Assembly: GCA_017642445.1 (NCBI GenBank)
Contig: JAGCPA010000089.1
Span: 368-64,367 of the forward strand
DNA length: 64,000 nt
Source of the DNA: Spirochaetia bacterium
Lineage (GTDB): Bacteria; Spirochaetota; Spirochaetia; CADAEX01
Direction: 5' to 3'
Part shown: positions 39,695 through 49,085 of the stretch, piece after piece
How the letters are laid out: each line of letters starts with the position of its first letter
Position numbering within the stretch: position 1 is the stretch's first letter
The notes under the pieces: model-generated
Database searches by the model: none
What the model saw: only the letters and a program-made list of their open reading frames with translations
Told to the model about the DNA's origin: nothing
Made by a program: the position numbers and the translations under genes

Positions 39695-40089
39695 TCTTTC
39701 ATCTCCTTCTTCTCAAGCTCTGCCAGAAGCTGCACAGAATGGTCTGCTGTTCCCACCAGGAAACGGCGACCCTCAACCTCTATAATCTGGACCATCCGGC
39801 CAGGAGCAAGGACCTTGGTGGATTCCACCTTGATCTTCCTGTCATCACCCTGAATAAACTTGGGCTGAACCTTCCTGACCAGGTGGAGCACCCCATAGAC
39901 CGCTCCGATAATCAGAGCAAGCACCAGCAGGGTACGGAAGAAATCCCAGAGGCCGAAACCTGTGCTGGAAGCCGCACCGGATGCCGGGCTGTCGGGAATG
40001 ACAAGATCCTGCTCTGCAGGGCCTGCAAACACCGCAGCTGTACATATCAGAAAGAGAGAAATAATAATCAGTATCGAAATGTTTTTCAC
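39691..40089 (-). CDS. fliO: Flagellar export-gate-associated protein FliO/FliZ.
   Basis: 132 aa single-TM protein sitting immediately upstream of fliP. Confidence 0.55.
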   Translation of the reverse strand: MKNISILIIISLFLICTAAVFAGPAEQDLVIPDSPASGAASSTGFGLWDFFRTLLVLALIIGAVYGVLHLVRKVQPKFIQGDDRKIKVESTKVLAPGRMVQIIEVEGRRFLVGTADHSVQLLAELEKKEMKE

Positions 40090-40122
40090 GTCCCCTCCCA
40101 GAGATTTAAAACATATCTTGAA

Positions 40123-41109
40123 TCAGAGCAGCTTCTTTATACGCACTCCTAATCTTTTATCTATCACTATGACCTGTCCTTCGGCCTTGAGCTGACCAGA
40201 TACCATAAGCGGCACAGGGCTCATCCGGGTACGGTCTAAAACCAGAAGATCCCCTGTATCCAGAGCCAGGACATCCTTCCAATGCCGCCGGGCAGTTCCC
40301 AGCAAGGCTGATACCGCAGGTGTACCTGTATCCTGCCCTTCGTACCGGCACAGGATGCTCGCAGCAACAGAATCGCCTACTGCGCCGCTCTGCGCCAGGC
40401 AGAAAGCCTTTTTACCAGCCCTCACCATAAGCCCGCCCTGAGGCGGTGCAACACAGACAACATCTCCTATTCCAAGCTGCCCGGCCTCTTCTTTATCCAG
40501 GCTGGAGCTGCCCATCTCCACCGACATAAGGACATTTCCGTCAGCATCAAAGGCATTCTTAAGCACGCTCTCCATCACATCCAAATCAGATTCCGGGATG
40601 CAGATGTACATCTTGCGCCAGCTTTTATCCCAGCTTACATTCATCACTGCCAGAAGCAGCATCTCCTTGCCTGCTGGAAAGCCGGACTCAGAGAAATACT
40701 CGGACATCTTATCCTGGGTCAGGTCCTTGTCGCTTCCCCAGCGCCATATGCTGTTGAGGCAGTCTGTCAGCTTCTCCATAAAGGAGGCTGCAACAGCCTG
40801 CTCCACATCGGAAAAAGGCCTGTTCTCCACAGCAGCTTTCCCGTCGCCACCCAAAAGGGTCTCCAGCACAGAAAAGGCAAGCTGTCTCTCCATGACAACA
40901 GCCACAGTACATCCGGGACCATGCAGGAGTGCGGCAGGCGATGTCATCACCCCGTCTGAAAGGTCAGAGGCAGGAGTGGAGGAAATCTCTTCCACCTGAA
41001 CAGACGCCCGCTTTCTAAGCGCTCTGGTAAGCAGATCTGAGCAGGATGAGGCAAATGCATTTATGAAATCAGAAACTGCTGTCCGCATATTTGGTAAATA
41101 TTTTATCAA
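40123..41109 (-). CDS. fliY: Flagellar motor switch protein FliY (CheC-like domain plus FliN/SpoA C-terminus).
   Basis: ETLLGGDGK CheC-like motif and the C-terminus GQVIVIDKRLGVRIKKLL. The likely true start is the second ATG (MRTAVSD, 41088), because a sigma-70-like -10 overlaps the first ATG. Confidence 0.7.
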   Translation of the reverse strand: MIKYLPNMRTAVSDFINAFASSCSDLLTRALRKRASVQVEEISSTPASDLSDGVMTSPAALLHGPGCTVAVVMERQLAFSVLETLLGGDGKAAVENRPFSDVEQAVAASFMEKLTDCLNSIWRWGSDKDLTQDKMSEYFSESGFPAGKEMLLLAVMNVSWDKSWRKMYICIPESDLDVMESVLKNAFDADGNVLMSVEMGSSSLDKEEAGQLGIGDVVCVAPPQGGLMVRAGKKAFCLAQSGAVGDSVAASILCRYEGQDTGTPAVSALLGTARRHWKDVLALDTGDLLVLDRTRMSPVPLMVSGQLKAEGQVIVIDKRLGVRIKKLL

Positions 41110-41128
41110 ATATAGAGTAAATTTGCAA
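41100..41128 (-). promoter_or_regulatory. Candidate sigma-70 promoter for the fliY operon.
   Basis: On the minus strand, TTGCAA (41128..41123), a 17 nt spacer, then TAAAAT (41105..41100). Confidence 0.35.
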
Positions 41129-41158
41129 ACATTTTTATAAATTATTTATATATGGGGA

Positions 41159-41515
41159 TCAGGCGAAGGCATCCAGAAGCCCGGAGCTGGTCTCGGGGTA
41201 CATGACTTTGAGCCACTTCTCCTTAAGATCAGAGGCTACAGAAGGCTGTCCGGAAGAGGGCTCCTCTTCTCCGCCGACATGGATGTTCAGAGATGATATT
41301 GTATAGTTGTTTTTCTTGAAACGGTACAGGAAATCGTAGAATTCATCCTCGAAAAGGTGCCGGATATGCTCGTCTGCCACCGAGACATCCACTGCCAGGC
41401 GGTTTCCGTCGAAGTGGAGATCCATTATCACCATCTCTAGGTTTGTGCATCTGAAAGCCAGCTTCATGGTGCAGATCTTCTCATCCCGCATGGCTATGTC
41501 CAAGATTTCCATCAT
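41159..41515 (-). CDS. Hypothetical protein, 118 aa.
   Basis: The ORF shows coding periodicity but no motif I recognise. Confidence 0.4.
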   Translation of the reverse strand: MMEILDIAMRDEKICTMKLAFRCTNLEMVIMDLHFDGNRLAVDVSVADEHIRHLFEDEFYDFLYRFKKNNYTISSLNIHVGGEEEPSSGQPSVASDLKEKWLKVMYPETSSGLLDAFA

Positions 41516-41598
41516 ATACTATTTTATCGTGCAGAAGCGCATTATTCTTTAGTTGCCAAAGGGGAACTTTTATACTACATTCTGCATAGGAGGATAAG

Positions 41599-41850
41599 AT
41601 GGAGACTAAAGTCGCCCTTATTGCAATAATTGTCTCGGACAAAGAGGCAGCAGCCAGGCTGAACGAAGTGCTTCACGAGTCAAGTGAGTACATTATAGGC
41701 AGGATGGGAATCCCTTATAGGAAGGAGGGAATCTCCCTTATAAGCATTGCTGTTGATGCCCCTATGGACAAGATCAATGCCATAACCGGAAAACTGGGTG
41801 CTATCGCTGGAGTGAGTGCAAAGACTGTCTATCCGCAGAAGAACTGCTGA
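41599..41850 (+). CDS. Small ACT/NikR-C-like protein resembling the TM1266-type 'iron-only hydrogenase system regulator' family.
   Basis: 83 aa. The pattern LIAIIVSD...RLNEVLHE...IIGRMGIPYRKEGISLISIAVDAP fits that family. GGAGGA RBS. Confidence 0.4.
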   Translation: METKVALIAIIVSDKEAAARLNEVLHESSEYIIGRMGIPYRKEGISLISIAVDAPMDKINAITGKLGAIAGVSAKTVYPQKNC

Positions 41851-42688
41851 CTGTGTGATTATTCCTCTTTCTTTTAAGATAAAAGATACTGGAGTCCACT
41901 GTCCCTTTCGAGACTCCCAGCACCTGGGCCAGATCCTGGTGTGTCACAAGGCATGAGGCCTTGGCCGCAATCTTCCTGGAGAGACGCTCTATCCGGCCCC
42001 TGAGCCGCTGGACCCGTTCCTCAAGCCAGAGACGCTTCTCTATATCAGATTCATACATAATCTTTTCCTGAATCACAAGAATCTGAAAAAAGCATCCGCT
42101 CTTCTTCTCTTTAAGCCGCCTCAGCTCATCTCTTTTCTGCTGCACCTTCTCCTTGACCGCCATACAGCATCTGTTTATATAGTCGGCGCTGTACCCGGTG
42201 GAGGCTGATATCTGGGCTATGGACTCGTCATCAAGCCGGTCCGGGTCGGAAAGAGCAAGGAAGAAAAGCCTCCGTTTTGTCCTCCCCTGCCCAGTCTTAT
42301 TTTTATAGGCTGCGGCCGGTTCTTTTATCTCATAATTAAAGGTGTCATAGATTTTATAAAAAGAGCTCTCATCCTCAAGTGTTCCTGATGCGCACATCCT
42401 GCAGAAAAGCTCCTCCTTAAGCTCTTTCTCACGCTTTTTCTTGATGAAAGAGATCATCTGATGCTTCAGGGAAGTATTGAGATATGCTTCAAAGGGCAGT
42501 CCGGAGTAAACAAAGGAATCTGCCATCTTTCTCAGACGGTGATGAACAAACACAAAGAAGTCGCTGCAGCGGTCCTGGTCCCACCGTTTGGTCCGCCGCG
42601 GGAAATCGTAGACATATAGACATATGTGGCCAGAGATAGCTTCATAAGAAACTTTCCCCTGCTGGTAGCTGATGACCATGTCGGTCAA
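41801..42688 (-). CDS. Hypothetical protein, 295 aa.
   Basis: Long ORF with a CxxC motif and a possible C-terminal HTH. Confidence 0.4.
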   Translation of the reverse strand: MTDMVISYQQGKVSYEAISGHICLYVYDFPRRTKRWDQDRCSDFFVFVHHRLRKMADSFVYSGLPFEAYLNTSLKHQMISFIKKKREKELKEELFCRMCASGTLEDESSFYKIYDTFNYEIKEPAAAYKNKTGQGRTKRRLFFLALSDPDRLDDESIAQISASTGYSADYINRCCMAVKEKVQQKRDELRRLKEKKSGCFFQILVIQEKIMYESDIEKRLWLEERVQRLRGRIERLSRKIAAKASCLVTHQDLAQVLGVSKGTVDSSIFYLKRKRNNHTVSSSSADRQSLHSLQR

Positions 42689-42762
42689 AGTCTGTTCGGA
42701 TGGCTTTGGCTTCTCCTTTCAAAGAGATGTAATAAAACAGTAAAGCCGTGGGGAGAAATTTG

Positions 42763-43074
42763 TCAACCTTTTTTTTCAATTTTCCGTCTGAGGGCATTGG
42801 CTATGACAGAGAGGATGCCGGGGTCCACCATTTCGCCCAGGTACATAGCCCTGAGAACCTCCTTCTGGAGGGGCATCTGACACTTCTCAAGCACACAGAG
42901 GCTCTTATCGTATCCAATGCAGTGGAGCACCGGGGCAATGACTGTGGGGGGCTCTCCTTTTATCAGCCTGTAGAGGGAATCACTATCAAGCTCCTTAAGG
43001 AAATCGAGGGGGGTCGCCTCCTGGGCAAAGGGAGCATTCAAAAGGGCTAAACGCCAGATATCATTCTTCTTCAT
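42763..43074 (-). CDS. Small hypothetical protein co-transcribed downstream of ftsK. It resembles a FliG C-terminal domain.
   Basis: 103 aa. The start is 2 nt after the ftsK stop. The resemblance to FliG_C is a weak helical pattern only. Confidence 0.35.
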   Translation of the reverse strand: MKKNDIWRLALLNAPFAQEATPLDFLKELDSDSLYRLIKGEPPTVIAPVLHCIGYDKSLCVLEKCQMPLQKEVLRAMYLGEMVDPGILSVIANALRRKIEKKG

Positions 43075-43075
43075 A

Positions 43076-45373
43076 TCAATCCTTGAACTTGTCAGGCAGA
43101 TGGATTATCTCCCTGGGTTTGCTGCCATTAGGCGGGCCTATTATGCCTCTTGCCTCCATATCCTCGATAAGGCGGGCTGCCCTGTTGTAGCCTATGGAGA
43201 GGCGGCGCTGGAGATATGAGGCAGAAGCTTTTCCTGTCTCGGCAACCACAGCAAGGGCCTTGTCCATAAGGTTGGCATCGTTGTCGGCGCCGCCGCCCAT
43301 AGAACCGCCACCGAAGGAGAGATCCATGCTCTCCTCCTCGTCGTCGTGGAAAATAATGTCGTCGATATATTCAGGTTCGCCCATCTTCTTGACTTCGCTG
43401 ACAAGCCGCTCCACCTCATCGTCGGAGAGGAATGCGCTCTGGATACGGGTCAGGTTGGGGCTCCAGGAAGGCTTGAACAGCATATCTCCCTTGCCCAGGA
43501 GCATCTCGGCACCAGGCTCATCCAGGATAACTCTGGAGTCGGTATAGCTGGATACCATGAAGGCAATTCTGGACGGAATATTGGACTTGATGACACCTGT
43601 AATGACATCTACAGAAGGCCTCTGGGTGGCCAGAACCAGGTGGATTCCCACTGCCCTTGCCTTTGCAGTAAGACGTGACACCGCAGGCTCAAGCTGCTTG
43701 CTTGAGGTCAGCATAAGGTCGGCAAACTCATCTATTACAACCAGGATATACGGCAATGGGTCGGCGAGGAAATCAGAGGTTTTTATCGCCTTGTTGAATC
43801 CCTCTATATTCCGTACTTTAAGCTGGTCCAGGAGAGCATAGCGCCGCTCCATCTCATCTATACAGTACTGCAGGGCCTGGAGTGCCTTCTTAGGGTCGGT
43901 GATAACCGGAGTAAGCAGATGAGGCACGTCATTATAAATCTTGAGCTCAACCACCTTAGGATCCACCAGGATCATCTTCACCTCATCAGGACGCTTCTTG
44001 TACAGGATTGTAGAGATAAGTGAGTTCACACATACCGATTTTCCGCTTCCGGTGGTTCCTGCGATAAGAAGGTGCGGAGTCTTTGCCACATCCACCACCT
44101 GAGGATCTCCCTCGATATCGCGGCCCAGGATAAACGGAACTGCAGCCTTGTCCAGATCAGGGTTCTTGATAGCGATGAGCTCTCTGAAACCTACTATATT
44201 CCGCTTCTGGTTAGGAATCTCAACACCCACTGCCCTCTTTCCGGGGATAGGTGCCACTATGCGGACACTCTGGGCAGCCAGGTTCAGTGCTATATTGCCT
44301 GCCAGGTTTGCTATCTTGGAGACATTGACTCCCGATGCAGGGAGGATCTCGAACATTGTGATTACAGGCCCTTTCTTGATGCTGATTATCTGAGCCTCTA
44401 TCTTGAACTCCTTGAGTGTCTCAAGCAGTATCCTGGCATCCTCTTTGGTCTCTTCAGTCACCACAAAGTTGGAGGAATCCCCATGGTCCTCAAGGACATT
44501 TTCTATAGGAATCTCGTATTTGACAGCTTTTCTGCGTGGGGCTGGAGATGGCTTTCTCACCTGCTTCGGAGCAGGAGTCTCCTCCTCATCATCCTCTATC
44601 TCTATGCTGATCTCGGAATCATCATCAAAGCTCTCTTCCGGCTCATCATCCTGCTCCGGCTCTGATACAACCTCTGGCTCAAGCTCGATCACAGGCTCTT
44701 CCTCATCGTTGAATCTGACCTGCTCATCAGGCTCTGAAAGACGGTTCAGACCCAGGCTCAGGTATTCAGGGGTATAGACATCATCCTCTTCTGTGCTCTT
44801 TGCAGCAGCAGGTTCAGCCTTGATCTCCTTGGCAACAGCATCAATACGCTCTTCCTCTATAAATTCCTCATCCTCATCATCTTCTTCCTCGTCATCATCC
44901 CTCTTGAAAGGGTTCAACTTGGCAAGGTCAAAGCGAGGCATCTTAAAGCTGAAGGAAGGAAGCCTGAACCTGAAGCCCTTGAAACCTGCAATCACGGCGA
45001 TTCCATACAGCTCTATCAGGAGAGCCATGCATATAAGGACTGCAACAAAATATTTTAATCCACGGGTCCACAGAAGGACACGGAGGAAAGCTGCCAGAGT
45101 GAGGAATGGTGCGATAGTAGCCATAAGGACATAGATGACCTTGCGGTTGAAATGGGGAAGAAGGAGATATGTGGCACAGAATATCAGATATGCCGGGATA
45201 TAATAAGAGGCCCACAGGAACCTGAGAAGAAACCATTCTCCTACAGAAACAAAAACAGGAACAGCAATCCCATGGCCTGCAAAGAACATGGCCAGCGCCA
45301 GAAGTATTCCAGCGCAGAATAGAACACTGGCTACAATAACGATAGATCTTGATTTAGTCACACTTCCTCCCAA
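43076..45373 (-). CDS. ftsK: DNA translocase FtsK/SpoIIIE.
   Basis: N-terminal TM segments, an acidic linker, the motor domain with Walker A GTTGSGKS, and a C-terminal gamma domain. Confidence 0.9.
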   Translation of the reverse strand: MGGSVTKSRSIVIVASVLFCAGILLALAMFFAGHGIAVPVFVSVGEWFLLRFLWASYYIPAYLIFCATYLLLPHFNRKVIYVLMATIAPFLTLAAFLRVLLWTRGLKYFVAVLICMALLIELYGIAVIAGFKGFRFRLPSFSFKMPRFDLAKLNPFKRDDDEEEDDEDEEFIEEERIDAVAKEIKAEPAAAKSTEEDDVYTPEYLSLGLNRLSEPDEQVRFNDEEEPVIELEPEVVSEPEQDDEPEESFDDDSEISIEIEDDEEETPAPKQVRKPSPAPRRKAVKYEIPIENVLEDHGDSSNFVVTEETKEDARILLETLKEFKIEAQIISIKKGPVITMFEILPASGVNVSKIANLAGNIALNLAAQSVRIVAPIPGKRAVGVEIPNQKRNIVGFRELIAIKNPDLDKAAVPFILGRDIEGDPQVVDVAKTPHLLIAGTTGSGKSVCVNSLISTILYKKRPDEVKMILVDPKVVELKIYNDVPHLLTPVITDPKKALQALQYCIDEMERRYALLDQLKVRNIEGFNKAIKTSDFLADPLPYILVVIDEFADLMLTSSKQLEPAVSRLTAKARAVGIHLVLATQRPSVDVITGVIKSNIPSRIAFMVSSYTDSRVILDEPGAEMLLGKGDMLFKPSWSPNLTRIQSAFLSDDEVERLVSEVKKMGEPEYIDDIIFHDDEEESMDLSFGGGSMGGGADNDANLMDKALAVVAETGKASASYLQRRLSIGYNRAARLIEDMEARGIIGPPNGSKPREIIHLPDKFKD

Positions 45374-45412
45374 AAGACTACTATTTTATATCGGCAGAAA
45401 TTGAGAGTTATT

Positions 45413-46165
45413 TTAGTGTCTATTAATAGGAATAATTAAAGTAGTGCCGGAGATCAGTTTATCGGGGCTTTCCAGGTTGTTCTCGGCGGCTATGCGCTTG
45501 TACATATAGGGGTCTTTGCAGAAGGTGGTGGCCAGCGACCAGAGGGTGTCGCCGTACTTAACTGTATAGCGGATATATTCCTGAGCTGGAGCTGGAACCG
45601 GGGTCGGTTCTGGAGCAGGTGCTGGCTTGGGCTCTGGTGCTGGAGTTGGTTCCGGCACCTCGGCAAATCCAGGCAGATCCCGCACACATGGAGCAGAGAT
45701 CATACTATAAATCAGCATGCCTGTGACAAATGCCATCATAAGGAGCAGGAGAGCCATCATTATCTGGAGGCTCCTGATTCCCTTAACTGCAACCGGTGCC
45801 GGCTCCGGGGCTTCTTCTTTCTGGATGCTCACCTGCCCTGCTGCCGGAACAATTCCGGGAAGTTCAGTCACAAGCTCATCTTTTCCACCGCCCCGAAGAT
45901 CTGTGGCGACAGCCCGGATCCTCTTTCCATCGGTATCGATAAAAAGCTCGATCTCGGATTCCCCTGCATCATCGTATCCAATAGGATCTAGGAACAGCGA
46001 CCCGATATGATACCCATCCCTGTCGTCCGGAGCATTATATCTGAACAGGTCAATCTTGGCTTTCTTCTGGTCCTTGTTGGCAGGAGAGAGCACCACCCTC
46101 TTCTTCTCGGGGCCATCAGAGCAGATTGAGAAAAATGTGCTGTCAGCCAGTCGTATTCCTATCAT
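45413..46165 (-). CDS. LysM-domain protein with a proline-rich linker.
   Basis: C-terminal LysM (YTVKYGDTLWSLA...LIIPIN) and PEPTPAPEPKPAPAPEPTPVPAP repeats. Confidence 0.65.
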   Translation of the reverse strand: MIGIRLADSTFFSICSDGPEKKRVVLSPANKDQKKAKIDLFRYNAPDDRDGYHIGSLFLDPIGYDDAGESEIELFIDTDGKRIRAVATDLRGGGKDELVTELPGIVPAAGQVSIQKEEAPEPAPVAVKGIRSLQIMMALLLLMMAFVTGMLIYSMISAPCVRDLPGFAEVPEPTPAPEPKPAPAPEPTPVPAPAQEYIRYTVKYGDTLWSLATTFCKDPYMYKRIAAENNLESPDKLISGTTLIIPINRH

Positions 46166-46262
46166 CTTTTTTTATTTTACACCTAATATTTATTTTTAGC
46201 AATCTATTGTCAATCAGAGTACTTTTTTATATCATCAAAGTAATTTAAAGGATGGAAGTTCT

Positions 46263-47486
46263 ATGATAAAAATCAATGAAAACTACAAGAAGCTCCAGGC
46301 TTCATACCTTTTCTCGGACATTGCGAAGCGTGTTGCCGCATTCCAGAAGGAGAACCCGGATAAAGAGGTCATCAAGATGGGAATCGGAGATGTGACACTC
46401 CCTCTTGCAGATGTATGTCTCAAGGCTTTCCACAAGGGTGTTGACGACCTGGCCGACAAAGCCACATTCAAGGGATACGGCCCGGAACAGGGGTACGATT
46501 TCCTCCGCAGTGCCATTGCAGAGCACGATTTCCAGAGCCGCGGGGCAGATATAAGTGCAGATGAGGTTTTTGTCAGCGACGGTGCCAAGTGCGACACCGG
46601 AAACTTCCAGGAGCTTTTCTCCTCTGATGCTGTGATTGCAGTTCCAGATCCTGTCTATCCTGTATATGTTGACACCAATGTCATGGCCGGCCGGAGCGGC
46701 GACTTTGTGAACGGAAGATACAGCCGGTTCATCTACCTCGATTCCACCGAGTCAAACAACTATGTGCCAGACCTGCCTAAAGAGAAGGCAGATGTCATAT
46801 ACCTGTGCTTCCCTAACAACCCTACCGGGGCTACTGCAACCAAAGAGCAGCTTAAGAAATGGGTCGATTATGCAAAGGAGAACAGATCCCTGATTCTTTT
46901 CGATGCAGCCTATGAATGCTTTATCCGCAACCCTGAGCTTCCTAAGTCCATATTCGAGATTCCAGGTGCCGACGAGGTGGCTGTGGAGTTCCGCAGCTTC
47001 TCGAAGACTGCCGGATTCACCGGAGTGCGATGCGGATTCACTGTAGTGCCTAAAAAATGCAAAGTCTATGATGCGGATGGTAACCCTGCATCGCTCCATG
47101 CCATGTGGAACAGACGGCACACCACCAAGTTCAACGGCGCCTCCTACCCTGTACAGTGCGCCGCAGCTGCCTGCTACACCCCCGAGGGACAGGCTCAGAT
47201 CAAGGAGAAGACAGACTACTACCTGGGTAACGCGGCTCTTATCAAGAAAGCCATTGTTGACCTGGGCTACAGCTGCACCGGCGGCGACAACTCGCCATAT
47301 GTATGGGTCAATACAAAGACCGATTCCTGGGCTTTCTTCGACAGGCTGCTCCATGAATGCGGCATAGTGTGCACCCCAGGAAGCGGATTCGGCAGCTGCG
47401 GCCAGGGCTATGTGCGGTTCAGCGCCTTCAACTCCAGGGAGAACACCCAGAAAGCTATGGAGAAGCTGTCAAAGCTGCTTAAATGA
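46263..47486 (+). CDS. dapL: LL-diaminopimelate aminotransferase.
   Basis: MIKINENYKKLQASYLFSDIAKR N-terminus and the characteristic DapL class I aminotransferase fold. Confidence 0.9.
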   Translation: MIKINENYKKLQASYLFSDIAKRVAAFQKENPDKEVIKMGIGDVTLPLADVCLKAFHKGVDDLADKATFKGYGPEQGYDFLRSAIAEHDFQSRGADISADEVFVSDGAKCDTGNFQELFSSDAVIAVPDPVYPVYVDTNVMAGRSGDFVNGRYSRFIYLDSTESNNYVPDLPKEKADVIYLCFPNNPTGATATKEQLKKWVDYAKENRSLILFDAAYECFIRNPELPKSIFEIPGADEVAVEFRSFSKTAGFTGVRCGFTVVPKKCKVYDADGNPASLHAMWNRRHTTKFNGASYPVQCAAAACYTPEGQAQIKEKTDYYLGNAALIKKAIVDLGYSCTGGDNSPYVWVNTKTDSWAFFDRLLHECGIVCTPGSGFGSCGQGYVRFSAFNSRENTQKAMEKLSKLLK

Positions 47487-48208
47487 TAGGCCTTGGTACT
47501 TTAATAAACACTGCAAGCATTGTAGCAGCAGGATTCCTGGGACATTTCTTCGGGAAGCTGTTCAATGACAGAAAGCAGAAAGCTATAATAATTGCCTGCA
47601 GCATCTCTGTAATCTTTATAGGAATCAGCGGTGCCATGCCCGGGATGCTCCGTGTGGCAGGAGGCACCCTTGAGTCTATGCAGGCCATGCTTGTCGTCAT
47701 GTGCATTGTACTTGGGACAGTTGCCGGCGAGCTTATGGATATAGACAGGCAGTTCGAGAAATTCGGCGGATGGCTTAAGAAGAAGACTGGCAATGCCAAA
47801 GATGTCCAGTTTGTCGATGCCTTTGTGAATGCCACCATGGTTGTCAGCATTGGAGCCATGGCTATTGTGGGTGCAATTCAGGACGGAATAAGCGGCGACT
47901 TCTCCATCCTGGCTGTCAAATCGGTGCTTGACTTCATAATAATTGTCATCATGACCTCCTCCATGGGCAAAGGCTGCGCCTTCTCTGCAATTCCTGTCTT
48001 TGTATTCGAAGGGCTTGTCACTCTGTCGGCAAAGGTTATTGAGCCGGTCCTTTCCGAGACAGCGATAAACAATATCTCATTTGTCGGCTCTATCTTGATT
48101 TTCTGTGTGGGCTTGAATCTTCTCCATGACAAAAAAATCCGGGTAGCAAATATGCTCCCGGCTCTTATTCTGGCTGTCGCAGCAGCATATCTGCCTTTCA
48201 GCCATTGA
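47483..48208 (+). CDS. DUF554 (YqgA-like) membrane protein.
   Basis: 241 aa polytopic protein whose N-terminus is family-typical. ATGA overlap with dapL. Confidence 0.7.
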   Translation: MIGLGTLINTASIVAAGFLGHFFGKLFNDRKQKAIIIACSISVIFIGISGAMPGMLRVAGGTLESMQAMLVVMCIVLGTVAGELMDIDRQFEKFGGWLKKKTGNAKDVQFVDAFVNATMVVSIGAMAIVGAIQDGISGDFSILAVKSVLDFIIIVIMTSSMGKGCAFSAIPVFVFEGLVTLSAKVIEPVLSETAINNISFVGSILIFCVGLNLLHDKKIRVANMLPALILAVAAAYLPFSH

Positions 48209-48854
48209 TAATCTGTGCTGGACACAGGCGGTACATCTCGTAGCTGCCTGTCTCGCTTGCCTTCTGGATGAATGCGCTGTTCACTGTGATGCTGTTGAGC
48301 ACTCCGCACTCGTTGAACATCCGGTACATCTCGATTACATTTGTTGTGTCAAATCCTGTCAGGTCCAGGCTTGAGAGGGAGCGGCACTTCTGGAACATGC
48401 AGCTCATATCAATCACAGATGCTGTGTTTAAGTTTGTGCAGTCTATGCTGACTGCCTTGGTGCAGCCGGAGAAGAAGAAGATCATGCTGGTAGGGTTCCA
48501 TTCCTGGCAGGAAGAGTCGAAGCTTGCTGTGATGAAGCCTGTTCGTGCCCATGGTGCACCCTTTACGCCATAGCCCTTGGAGCTCACTTCGTATACTGTA
48601 CCCTCTGTATTGTGATCCTTGTTGTCATAGTAGAATGTGAGATGTGTACCTCTGAGGACTGCCTGTGCTCTTACTTCTGTATTTACAGCCTTGACCTCTG
48701 TCTCCTGAACATGATCTGCAGTTGCTGGAACTGCTGCCTTGGAAGGTGTTGTATCGTAGGAATATGAACCGCCTGCCGCGTTGCATGAGCAGAACGCAAT
48801 TCCCATAACCAGTGCCATAGCCATCATCTTTATTGTCTGTCTGAAGTTTCTCAT
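48198..48854 (-). CDS. Secreted DUF285 (BspA-like) surface-repeat protein.
   Basis: Signal peptide, and 26-residue repeats MFQKCRSLSSLDLTGFDTTNVIEMYRMFNECGVL. Confidence 0.5.
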   Translation of the reverse strand: MRNFRQTIKMMAMALVMGIAFCSCNAAGGSYSYDTTPSKAAVPATADHVQETEVKAVNTEVRAQAVLRGTHLTFYYDNKDHNTEGTVYEVSSKGYGVKGAPWARTGFITASFDSSCQEWNPTSMIFFFSGCTKAVSIDCTNLNTASVIDMSCMFQKCRSLSSLDLTGFDTTNVIEMYRMFNECGVLNSITVNSAFIQKASETGSYEMYRLCPAQIING

Positions 48855-49045
48855 CTCAATCTCCTTTTTTGCAGTAACGTTTCACCAACGTTTCCGTTTA
48901 CATTACCAACATTACTACAACGTTACTTAGTTGTCAATAGTAACACAAAAGAAATTTTATGCTTTTTGAAACTTTTTTCTATTTGCTTGTAGTATAAAGA
49001 GTTATCTTAAATAAAATTTTTCAGAAAAAGTATAAAAACAGGCAA

Positions 49046-49078
49046 AAACCAACAATGGATACCATCATTGGTAGTGTT
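49046..49078 (-). terminator. Rho-independent terminator for the symporter gene.
   Basis: On the minus strand, CCAATGATGG-tatc-CATTGTTGG followed by TTTTTGCCTGTTTT. Confidence 0.5.
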
Positions 49079-49085
49079 TTTCTAT

